DNA from: Histomonas meleagridis 2922-C6/04-290x
Taxonomy: Eukaryota; Protista; Parabasalia
Direction of reading: 5' to 3'
Assembly (NCBI GenBank): GCA_020184695.1
Contig: JAANOX010000131.1
Span: forward strand, 1 to 38,651
DNA: 38,651 nt
Below the pieces are notes generated by a model. It was not told where the DNA came from. It saw only the letters and a program-made list of their open reading frames with translations, and searched no databases. How positions within the stretch are numbered: position 1 is the first letter of the stretch; each line of letters begins with the position of its first letter. The position numbers and the translations under genes are program-made. Of the stretch, positions 21,156-30,148 are shown in pieces.

Positions 21156-22958
21156 TTAATCAACGGGAGCCTGTGGTGGAGGAGGTGGTGGAGGCGGTGG
21201 TGGTGGTGCTCCCTCTGCAACAACAGGAACTTCTCTTCCTCCATACTCAAATACTCTTGCCTTAATGTGCGGGTGATTCATGAAAACAGCTTCTTCGTAT
21301 GCATCCATTCCGTTGTCTGCCTTTACTGACAAATCAACATTTTCATTTTCACATAGCAAATCTACAATTCTTTCATGGTTATGTTGAATACCACTGTATA
21401 TTGGTGTTCTATCATGCTCTCCTTTCAAGTTGTAATCGGTATTTGGATTTTCAAGTAATAAGAATAATCCTTCATAGCTACCAATTCTTGAGGCATAATG
21501 AATTGGTGCTGCTCCATAGTTATTAGCCATGTTAACATCTATGTCCTTGTTTGTAGTCAATACTCTGATTGTTTCAATATGTTCATATAACACAGCATAA
21601 TGTAATGGCGTCTTTCCCCATATGTTACGTGCATTAATGTTAATTCCTTTAGCTGAAAGTAATGTTCTTACAACATCAGTATGTCCTCTTCCACAAGCAT
21701 AATGTAATGGTGCCTTATCAAACTCACCTTTAGCATTAACATCAATTCCATTTACACTGATAAGGTATCGTACAGTTTCTACATGTCCTCGATCAGCAGC
21801 AAGATGTAAAGGCGTGAGTTTTTTGTTGTTGCCAAGATTGATCGGGGCACCCTTAGCTTGGGCAAGGACTTTAACGATCTCCAAACAACCGTTTTCAGCG
21901 GCAACGTGAAGTGGCGTGTTACCGTTGTCGCACGTTTGATTTGAATTGATTTTGGGGTGGTCCATCATAAGCCTAACGGCTCCCACTGAATTAGATAATG
22001 CGCCGTAGTGTAATGGTGCCATTCCATTACTGGCTTTAAGGTTAACGTCAAGCTTATTGAGGGATAATAGGAATCGAACTGTTTCTTCATTGCCATTCTC
22101 CATTGCACAATGAAGAAGTGAGCGTCCATCATTTGTAAGCATCATAACATCTGAATTCTTTGCTGTTGCAATGGCTCTAACAATGGGAGTGTGTCCTTTG
22201 ATGATAGCAAGATGAATTGGTGCGTATCCTTGATCATTTTGTTCATTGACTTTAACATCATCACTCTCAAGGAGGAAGGAAACGCAATCGCTAAAGCCAC
22301 CCTCAGTACACCATGAAAGAGGTGTCATGCCAAGATTGTCTTTGCAATTTACATCAATTCCTTTGAGACTAATGAGATACCTAATGACATCAGCTTTGCC
22401 ATACTTGGCAGCAACGGCAAGTGGTGTCATTGCTTCTTTGTTTGCAAGATTATGGTCTGCAGAATTTTCATGGAGATATTTGACAAGTTCAAGATCTCCG
22501 TTCTTGGCTGCATAATGCATTGAAGTATTTCCAAGACTATCAGCAATGTTAAGATTGAGATTAAATTCATAAAGCTCGCATATAAATCTGAAAACTGAGC
22601 TCTTCATGTTGTCAGCTGCAAAAGTAATGGCTGGCCTGAAGTCTTGACCAAGCTTGGATAATATTTCGATGATATCACAATTTCCACCTAATATTGCGAA
22701 ATATGTGATTGGAGTATCGTTGTTATCAGCTGCATAAAGTCCTTGGTCCTTATCAGCAATCATCCTGAAGCAGTTGATGGATGCATAGTAAGCAGTCATT
22801 GAAAGGAGAGATGGTTCATATTGTAAAAAAGGAGGCAAGCGATGGTTTGGATCAGGAACTTTAACGTCAAGTTGAAGGCCCGAATTTATAAGTTTGGAAA
22901 GCAGAACTGTGTCATCTGATTGGAGTGCAACATAGAGTTCTTCGAGATCAACCTCCAT
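21156..22958 (-). CDS. Ankyrin repeat protein (about 14 repeats) with a polyproline tail, uninterrupted
   Basis: Intact hairpins DSLGNTSMH, DNLGMTPLS, CDNGNTPLH, NIWGKTPLH and others. C-terminal PPPPPPPPPPQAPVD. Confidence 0.93.
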   Translation of the reverse strand: MEVDLEELYVALQSDDTVLLSKLINSGLQLDVKVPDPNHRLPPFLQYEPSLLSMTAYYASINCFRMIADKDQGLYAADNNDTPITYFAILGGNCDIIEILSKLGQDFRPAITFAADNMKSSVFRFICELYEFNLNLNIADSLGNTSMHYAAKNGDLELVKYLHENSADHNLANKEAMTPLAVAAKYGKADVIRYLISLKGIDVNCKDNLGMTPLSWCTEGGFSDCVSFLLESDDVKVNEQNDQGYAPIHLAIIKGHTPIVRAIATAKNSDVMMLTNDGRSLLHCAMENGNEETVRFLLSLNKLDVNLKASNGMAPLHYGALSNSVGAVRLMMDHPKINSNQTCDNGNTPLHVAAENGCLEIVKVLAQAKGAPINLGNNKKLTPLHLAADRGHVETVRYLISVNGIDVNAKGEFDKAPLHYACGRGHTDVVRTLLSAKGININARNIWGKTPLHYAVLYEHIETIRVLTTNKDIDVNMANNYGAAPIHYASRIGSYEGLFLLLENPNTDYNLKGEHDRTPIYSGIQHNHERIVDLLCENENVDLSVKADNGMDAYEEAVFMNHPHIKARVFEYGGREVPVVAEGAPPPPPPPPPPPQAPVD

Positions 22959-23800
22959 TCAGCGATTTGTGACGGTTTTTTGCTTTTTGATAATGAATTG
23001 TCAGGTGAAATTGTTAGAAATCGTTACAAAAATGAACAAATGCAAAAAGTAAGTTTTTTCCCCTTAATAATGAATTCTAGAGCACCATATATCTTCAAAA
23101 TTAATGTCTTGAAGTAATGCAGATTGAGTAAATTAAAACAATTGATATTTTATCAAATTTCAAGATTAGATAATAAAAATGAATATACATAAATATAAGC
23201 TCATGTGTAATTTCGTCATAAGAAATAAAATTATAAATATTATTGATAAATGAATTTATGAAGATAATAATCTATTTTTCAGTATATAAATATTTACATT
23301 AAACATTTCATTAATTTACTGTGCTGCTGTATTTGTTTTCCTTTTGGTAAACATACTATATGTTTGAATGATTAATCATTGATGATAATACATAACAAGA
23401 AATGTAATAGAAATACTATTGCGTAATGCAAATTCACCGAAGCTTGAACCAAAAGTTTTAATATTGATATTTAATTTTTTAATTTGGCAAAACAAATATA
23501 AAACAATTCAAAAACATAAGGTTTATTATTAGATTAACAATGTCTACTTTAAATACATGTGTGTTAAAAGAAGGATTGGAAGTAATATAGCGACGATTTC
23601 TATTGGATTTAGTAAATTTTCTTTTCTGGATGTTTCTTGTTGAATATTTTGTATAGTATCGTATGCTGCTTGAATATGTCTGTCAATTATTTCCTCATTA
23701 TATGGTTCTTTGATTCGGACAATTCTTTGCTTTTCTTTTTCCATTTTTGAACTTAACGTACTCCATATTTTTAACGTTCGTCATCTGTACGTTATCTTTC

Positions 23801-25305
23801 ATGTCTAACATTGCATCTCCTGCTATCAGAATAAAATTTATTCAAGCTGCAAAAGAGGGTAAAATAGAAATCCTTAAGAAATACATTAATGAAGGTATTT
23901 CATTTAATTCTACTGATGATTCCAAAAATTATTTCGAGTTTATTTATAATTCTTTATGTTTAACTATAATGTTTGGTGTTTATTTTACTTTAACTGTATA
24001 CTGCATTACATTGGGCATCAGCACAGGGTCAAGCTGAAGTTATTAATTACCTTTTATTTGTTGGATCTGATTGTAATCAGGCAGCCAAAGATGGTATTAA
24101 TTTGATTCTAACATGAGACCACTTCATCTCGCTGCTGCTAAACATAGGCTAAATATTGTTCGTCTTCTAATTGATGCCGGAGCTAATCCAGAACTTCGAA
24201 ATGAAGCTATTTCTTTATATTATTTGGACAAAAGCCAATAGATCTATGTGATAATGATCCACCAATTTGTGCTCTTTTAAGTCAAAATTCTGTTAAAACT
24301 CGCGGAGATTTATCTGATGACAAACAAGTTGTTAATGTTGCCAAAGATATGTTATCCTCGACTATTTCTCCTGTTATTTCATATGAAGAAACAATCATTC
24401 TTCAGCATCAAAAAGCAAATGATGATGCAAACAATGTTAAAAAAGCTGAAACAAATGATTTTAATGAAATACAAAAATCGATTAATGATTATAAACAAGT
24501 TTCAGATGAATATAAATTTGTTATTTCACAAATTAAAGATTACAATGATCAATTAAATTCCAATCAACAAAATGTAGGAAATATGGATGAAACACTTGCA
24601 CAAACACAAAGAGAAGTTTCCACAGCACTTCTTAATAAAAGAACCAACAATGTAAAATCGGAAGAAAAACTTGAAATTCTAAAAACAAATTTAATTAATT
24701 TTGAAAATGAACATGATAATGTCACAGAAGAAATTAAAAATTTGCAAAAACGAATTGAAGAATTAACAAAGAGGAAAAATGAACTTGAAAATTGTATTGA
24801 AAGAACTAAAAACGAATATGAAAATCTAAAAATATTTAGAAAAGATGAATTACAAAAAGAAAATGAATTTGCATTACATCAAGAATCATTACAAAAAACG
24901 CGTTCATTAATGGAAAAAGGAAATCAAACATTATCAGAACTAGAAGAAACAACATCACAAAGATTACTTCAAGCGAATTTAGATCATGCAAAGTTTTTAG
25001 TGAAGTTTATGGATTATATAAACGAATTAATAAAACAATTTAATAATAAAATCGATATGATTGAAGAAAGAATAAAAACAGAAAAAAGAAATTTGGATGA
25101 AATATCTAAGATTGGGTTGAAAATGGATAAATTAAAGGTGTCGTCTTTAATAACTGATTATCAGACAAACTTGGCAAGTTTTAACAGAAGAAAAGAAAAA
25201 ATTGTTAACGTTCAAAAGGCAATTTTAAGTGATTATGAAGGTATTCAACAAATCGTGGGACAATTCGGGAGAGAACTTCAACCATTACCTATTGAACAAA
25301 TATGA
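23801..25305 (+). CDS. Ankyrin + coiled-coil protein interrupted by six inserts (466 aa after removal; locus F)
   Basis: STD[23918-34]R[23938-54]Y[23958-74]G[23978-96, 19 nt]Y-TALHWASAQGQ...AKDG[24096-112]MRPLHLAAAKH...NEA[24209-25]GQKPIDL..., then reads in frame into the coiled-coil ORF 24349-25305. 1505-104=1401 nt. Confidence 0.75.
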
Positions 25306-25941
25306 ATAAATATATATGTTAACAAATTATTGCATATGTTTTTAAATTAAACATCATTCACATTAGTGTGATCATTTACAATAAGAATCGATCCAAATAT
25401 ACATTAATTTGTTTTTTAGTAAATCTTTTACTTTATGGAAATTTATTTTGGTTAATACATATGATATCTCATTTCATGAATTATAAAGTGTAATATATTT
25501 TAAATTTAATCACTTAATATTATTATATTCATTCATGAAATGAAAACCATTTTATATTTAATGTTGCTAATTTGGGATATTTTTTTTTTTTGCCCTGGGC
25601 CGGCCTCAAAAATATTTTGAGTTGCCAAATACAAAATTAATAATAACAGAATGATTAAATTTGCTAATTTTTTTGTGCCATTATTGAATTATACATACTA
25701 ATTTTGGTGTGACTATTAGCTATCAGTCTCATATGTCATTCGTTTTCATTATCCCAGTAGAATTGGGAAAAATTGGTATCATTATAATATTCCTTAAGTA
25801 ATTTATACAATATCATTAATCGTATAATCCATTTTCACATCAGTATGCAGAAGCGCCAAATTTGATGTGCAGTAAAATGTTTTTCTTGTCATTATTCAAA
25901 ACGTTTAAACTTTCCTTTGTTTATTGAAAAAACAACTGTTC

Positions 25942-27522
25942 TCAGTTGAATCGATCGACGTGGAACTTTGATTCTGGAATTAGTAACTCGTTGTAGTGTT
26001 GATCCTTAAACTTCTTAAGTTCCTCCAACTTCGCCGAAACTTGTTCATCGGGCAAATCTTCGGACTTAGCAACTGCGTACAGTTCCAAATCTCTAGTTTT
26101 GTGTACGACGATAATTTCATTTTCACCTCTGAACATATATTCGCCATCTACAGCATTCGTTTCTACCATATCGCAAGCCTTAGCCAATTGTCTCGATAAT
26201 GCTTGCATATTCTTCATTACGACCTTCTTATCATTATTACCAAATACATCTTCTCTAGGATCGGTTATAAATATTTGCCCGAGTTGTAATGAGTGTAGCG
26301 CCCAACAATAAAACACTGATGGCGCTGACTCCATCAAATCATTGTTGAGTTCGGCCTGCTTGAATTGAGCGTTGAACCGTTTATAAAAGTCGACCGTTAC
26401 GCTGTGGAACTTCACTAAGCCATCGCTATCGGCTGACAACATGACAACCGAAAAATCGCTGTCTTTGTCCTTGTAAATGTATAAATGGTGCATACCATCA
26501 GTAGAATCTCTCATGAAGAATGGCGTCCATGATTCACCGCTTTGAAATGCAGGAACCCATAATAAATCAACAATTAATCGAAGTGATAAAGGATCACAAT
26601 TATATGTGCTAACTGCAATCGTTCGATTCCTATACATTAACATTGCAAGCTTACACGATGGAAGATGTTGGAAATGAGTCACAAAGAATTGTCGAAGTTC
26701 CTTATTACAATAAAATACAGGAATAGATGGAGCAAAGATAAAAGCAGGATCTTCACACATGTTATTAACAACTCCATCCCACGCTGGCCTTGTCCCTTCT
26801 GCAATTTGTCGAAAGTCACATGAGGGTCTCATTGAAAGTTGATTTATCAAATTTTCTGAGAAAAGTGACAAAAATAAAGAATGCAAAAAGTTGAGCTGTT
26901 TGAATAGGTACGATACGGGAAGTGATGACTTGGAAACTGCAATAAAAACAAATGGTTTCTTTGGAAGAAAGACAAAGGTGTGACTTCCTGCTCGAAAATG
27001 ATTTAGCTCTTCATTCAATGATTCCATATGACCTAAAATTGCAACGCATGTACATAAGATTGGACTAAGCTTTTGTACAGCACCATACCGTGAATAAACT
27101 GGTTTACCAGCATCAGTAACTATGAAAAGATGAAGTTCTTGACCAGTCCATTCTTCGGAATCTGGTTGCATGGCTGCTGCTGCTGAGGAGTCATCTCTTC
27201 TATCCCTGGAAATCCAATATAACTTGTGGTGTTCAGGGGATGAACTTTCTTGTTCTGATGGGTTTGGTGCATCATTTTGATGTTGTAAATTTTCAATTTC
27301 TGGTTGAGGTGGTTGAGTTGTATTTTCATGAGTTTCTTGTGGTTGCTCTTGTGGTTTAGGCTCTTCTTCCTCTGGTGATGACTCTGATTTTTCGCTTGTC
27401 TGAGATTGCGGTGTTTGATTTTCTTCTTTATTTTCTGAAGATGATGAGGATGAGGATGATGAGGACGATGAAGAAGATTCTTCATCTACTGCTTCAGTGT
27501 GTTCGGGTTGTTCCTCGCTCAT
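25942..27522 (-). CDS. MON1: Mon1/SAND family vacuolar fusion protein
   Basis: Acidic low-complexity N-terminus, then HLFIVTDAGKPVYSRYG, QLNFLHSLFLS, LWVPAFQSGESWTPF, typical of Mon1 longin domains. Confidence 0.85.
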   Translation of the reverse strand: MSEEQPEHTEAVDEESSSSSSSSSSSSSSENKEENQTPQSQTSEKSESSPEEEEPKPQEQPQETHENTTQPPQPEIENLQHQNDAPNPSEQESSSPEHHKLYWISRDRRDDSSAAAAMQPDSEEWTGQELHLFIVTDAGKPVYSRYGAVQKLSPILCTCVAILGHMESLNEELNHFRAGSHTFVFLPKKPFVFIAVSKSSLPVSYLFKQLNFLHSLFLSLFSENLINQLSMRPSCDFRQIAEGTRPAWDGVVNNMCEDPAFIFAPSIPVFYCNKELRQFFVTHFQHLPSCKLAMLMYRNRTIAVSTYNCDPLSLRLIVDLLWVPAFQSGESWTPFFMRDSTDGMHHLYIYKDKDSDFSVVMLSADSDGLVKFHSVTVDFYKRFNAQFKQAELNNDLMESAPSVFYCWALHSLQLGQIFITDPREDVFGNNDKKVVMKNMQALSRQLAKACDMVETNAVDGEYMFRGENEIIVVHKTRDLELYAVAKSEDLPDEQVSAKLEELKKFKDQHYNELLIPESKFHVDRFN

Positions 27523-28566
27523 GTCGATTTCTGTCAGTTTGTTGTATGTAAACGGTTTTCAACTGAAAAAAATTTTTCAAAATTATTTCAGAAGTTGCCT
27601 TGTCGGAAGTTGTTAATCTTTCGCTTATTACCAGTAGCAATAAAACTTTGTAGCCTTGGCAATAAAAAAGAAAAAAAAAAGCTAATTTTAGAGCATGATT
27701 ATTCTTTGTACTTTTGAGAATAAATGTACATCTTGTTCTTTTTGTCTTTCATTTTTAAATTGATATACGTGTGGAATCATATCAATGTTCTTTAAGTACA
27801 ATGTTTTCCGTTTTAAATGTACGATATTTATTAAAGATTGGGAAATAAACGGCTGTCCACCAAATCTGGTTTGAGGAAAGGAGTAGTATTAATAAATAAA
27901 ATATCTCACCAAAAATTAAATAAATTATGCTATCATTAGGCCTTAAAATTTGGCAAGTATTTAACATATACTTTTCTTTTATAATGGATATTGCCTTTTA
28001 AGTTGCATCCTTTTTAGAGTAAATATTATTAATAAAAGGATTTAATACAGCTTTATCCTCATTAACAGATTTATTTGTGGGAAATAAATTACAACTTGAA
28101 TTTTATCATATAATTTTTTACATGCTTTCGTAATATTCTTTAATTATAGTATTACGATTTATTTCATTATTTTTTGAGTCAGTGTTAAGTTAATGTTGTT
28201 GTTTTTCTATATTGACATCTCTCAACACAATTATAATATCTATAACCCATGCATTGAATGCCAAAACTATTACGAATTCAAAGCAACTTCAAAATGGGCA
28301 GAAACAATCTTTGATTATAGTGTGAAATACACAAATATTGAAAACATTTGATTGTGAAAAAAACATTATGTTAAACACATATAAAATGCATAAATTTCAT
28401 CTCCTTCTAAAACATTATTTCAAAAATCTGATTTTGCTTCATTAATTGCATAATCAAGCATTACACCAAAACTGCATATATCATTCTTTGGAAAGCATTA
28501 TCAAGGTATAAGAATTATCATTATATAGATAACTCACAACAAAAAGTTTTACAAAAATTTTATTAA

Positions 28567-29280
28567 TCATTCATTAATAACATCAATGTTTTCATCAATT
28601 ATTAATTCATCAGCAGAAACCAAAGGAGAATCAACAAACAGTTGAACATTAAATTGAAAGTTAGTTTTTTTCCCATCCATTGCAATGAAGAGCAATGGCG
28701 ATGTGACACTTAGGGAATAAGTTAATGGCGCAATAGGAGTTGTTGCTATTGAGTGTATAACATTTCTGACTCTTCCTAAAGTGACATTTCGATGATATAT
28801 TCGGAACTCAAAATCACTCCTTTTAAGTCTATCGATTTGTTGAGATGTTCTTTCACCCAGATTAAACACATGTGTATATGTGTAATTATCTGTAAGTTTT
28901 GTTGCAGGTGGCGTTTTCGCGACATCACCAACTGGAGGCTTCACTTCAATAAAGCAACCAAGTGGTAGTGGATGCGATTTTGGCTTTTTTGTAATTTCCA
29001 TTGTTATCAGAATTTCTGGATCATTTGAAACAGGTAAATCCACATGTAAATGAAATCGCTTAACATCAGATAATGTTTTTGTTCCGGATCGAAGAGCTGC
29101 AATTGTATTTGAAATACTATCTATAGCAGCTCGAAGAGTTTCTGATGGTTTTTGATCTTCAGCAGAAGAACAACGAAGAAGAGCATCCATTAATTTCTTT
29201 CGCTTTTTAAGGCTTTGTCCTATAAAAACCTTTGTTAATTTTTCTTGTGAGTTTTGATCAAGCTCATTAAAATTCGACAT
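28567..29280 (-). CDS. Hypothetical protein with a C2-like C-terminal domain (CC2D1-like)
   Basis: Helical N-terminus, then a beta-rich segment (DFEFRIYHR...FNVQLFVDSPL) reminiscent of the CC2D1 C2 domain. Weak recognition. Confidence 0.45.
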   Translation of the reverse strand: MSNFNELDQNSQEKLTKVFIGQSLKKRKKLMDALLRCSSAEDQKPSETLRAAIDSISNTIAALRSGTKTLSDVKRFHLHVDLPVSNDPEILITMEITKKPKSHPLPLGCFIEVKPPVGDVAKTPPATKLTDNYTYTHVFNLGERTSQQIDRLKRSDFEFRIYHRNVTLGRVRNVIHSIATTPIAPLTYSLSVTSPLLFIAMDGKKTNFQFNVQLFVDSPLVSADELIIDENIDVINE

Positions 29281-29349
29281 GAACTTAATGCACGTTTAAC
29301 ATTGATTATAACGTTCTTTTAACGGTCGCCAGAATGGCTAGCCCCAAAA

Positions 29350-29373
29350 AACGGTTTGACTTGGTCGTCCTTT
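29350..29373 (+). promoter_or_regulatory. M3-like (AACGGTTT) plus M5-like (CCTTT) core promoter of RPL10A
   Basis: AACGGTTT at 29350-29357 and CCTTT at 29369-29373, ATG at 29381. Same arrangement as RPL32. Confidence 0.6.
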
Positions 29374-29380
29374 CTGTCTG

Positions 29381-30034
29381 ATGTCTCGTATTCATCAGGA
29401 AAACCTTAGGTCTGCCATTGCTGAAATTCTTGATTACTCCAACAACAAGAAGAAGAGGAAGTTCACTGAAACAATCGAACTTCAAATCCGTCTTAAGGGT
29501 TACAACATCGCAAAGGATAAGCGTTTCATCGGTAGCATTAAGCTTCCAAACGTCATCCGTCCAGGACTTCGTATTGGTATCATGGGTGACAAGATCCATT
29601 GCGAACAAGCTGCTGCTATCAACGTTCCATACTATGATCTTCAAACTCTTACTAACTTCAACAAGGATAAGAAGACAATCAAGTATTGGGCTAAGAAGCA
29701 CCACCTCTTCCTTGCATCTGATACCATCATCAAGAACCTCAACAAGACATTAGGTCCAGCATTCAACAAGACAGGTAAGTTCCCAGCACCAATCCGTTCA
29801 TCTGATAAAGTTGCTGATGCTGTTGATGAAGCCCGCAAGACAGTCAAGTTCAGGCTTAAGAAATCAATCGCATTCGGTGTTGCCGTTGCCAACGTTGCAA
29901 TGAAGCCAGAGCAAGTTTACCAAAACGTTATGCTTGCTACAAACTACGTTGTTTCCCTCCTTAAGAAGCAATGGCAATCAATCGGCGCAATCACACTCCA
30001 CTCAACAATGGGTAAGCCACACCGTGTTTACTAA
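29381..30034 (+). CDS. RPL10A: 60S ribosomal protein L10a (uL1)
   Basis: KKRKFTETIELQIRLKGYNIAKDKRFIGSIKLP...LGPAFNKTGKFP...STMGKPHRVY. Confidence 0.97.
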   Translation: MSRIHQENLRSAIAEILDYSNNKKKRKFTETIELQIRLKGYNIAKDKRFIGSIKLPNVIRPGLRIGIMGDKIHCEQAAAINVPYYDLQTLTNFNKDKKTIKYWAKKHHLFLASDTIIKNLNKTLGPAFNKTGKFPAPIRSSDKVADAVDEARKTVKFRLKKSIAFGVAVANVAMKPEQVYQNVMLATNYVVSLLKKQWQSIGAITLHSTMGKPHRVY

Positions 30035-30148
30035 ACACACCACAATGAAGCAAACCTTTTTTTTAATTATTTTTTATTTAAAAATACAAAACATCATAAG
30101 TTAATGTAAAATGTAAAGTTTTCAATCAATCACATTGGAATTGACCGT

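Noticed and set aside
28250-28370. Possible further DUF3447-like remnant (CIECQNYYEF...DYSVKYTNIE)
   Set aside because: Too short and degraded to support.
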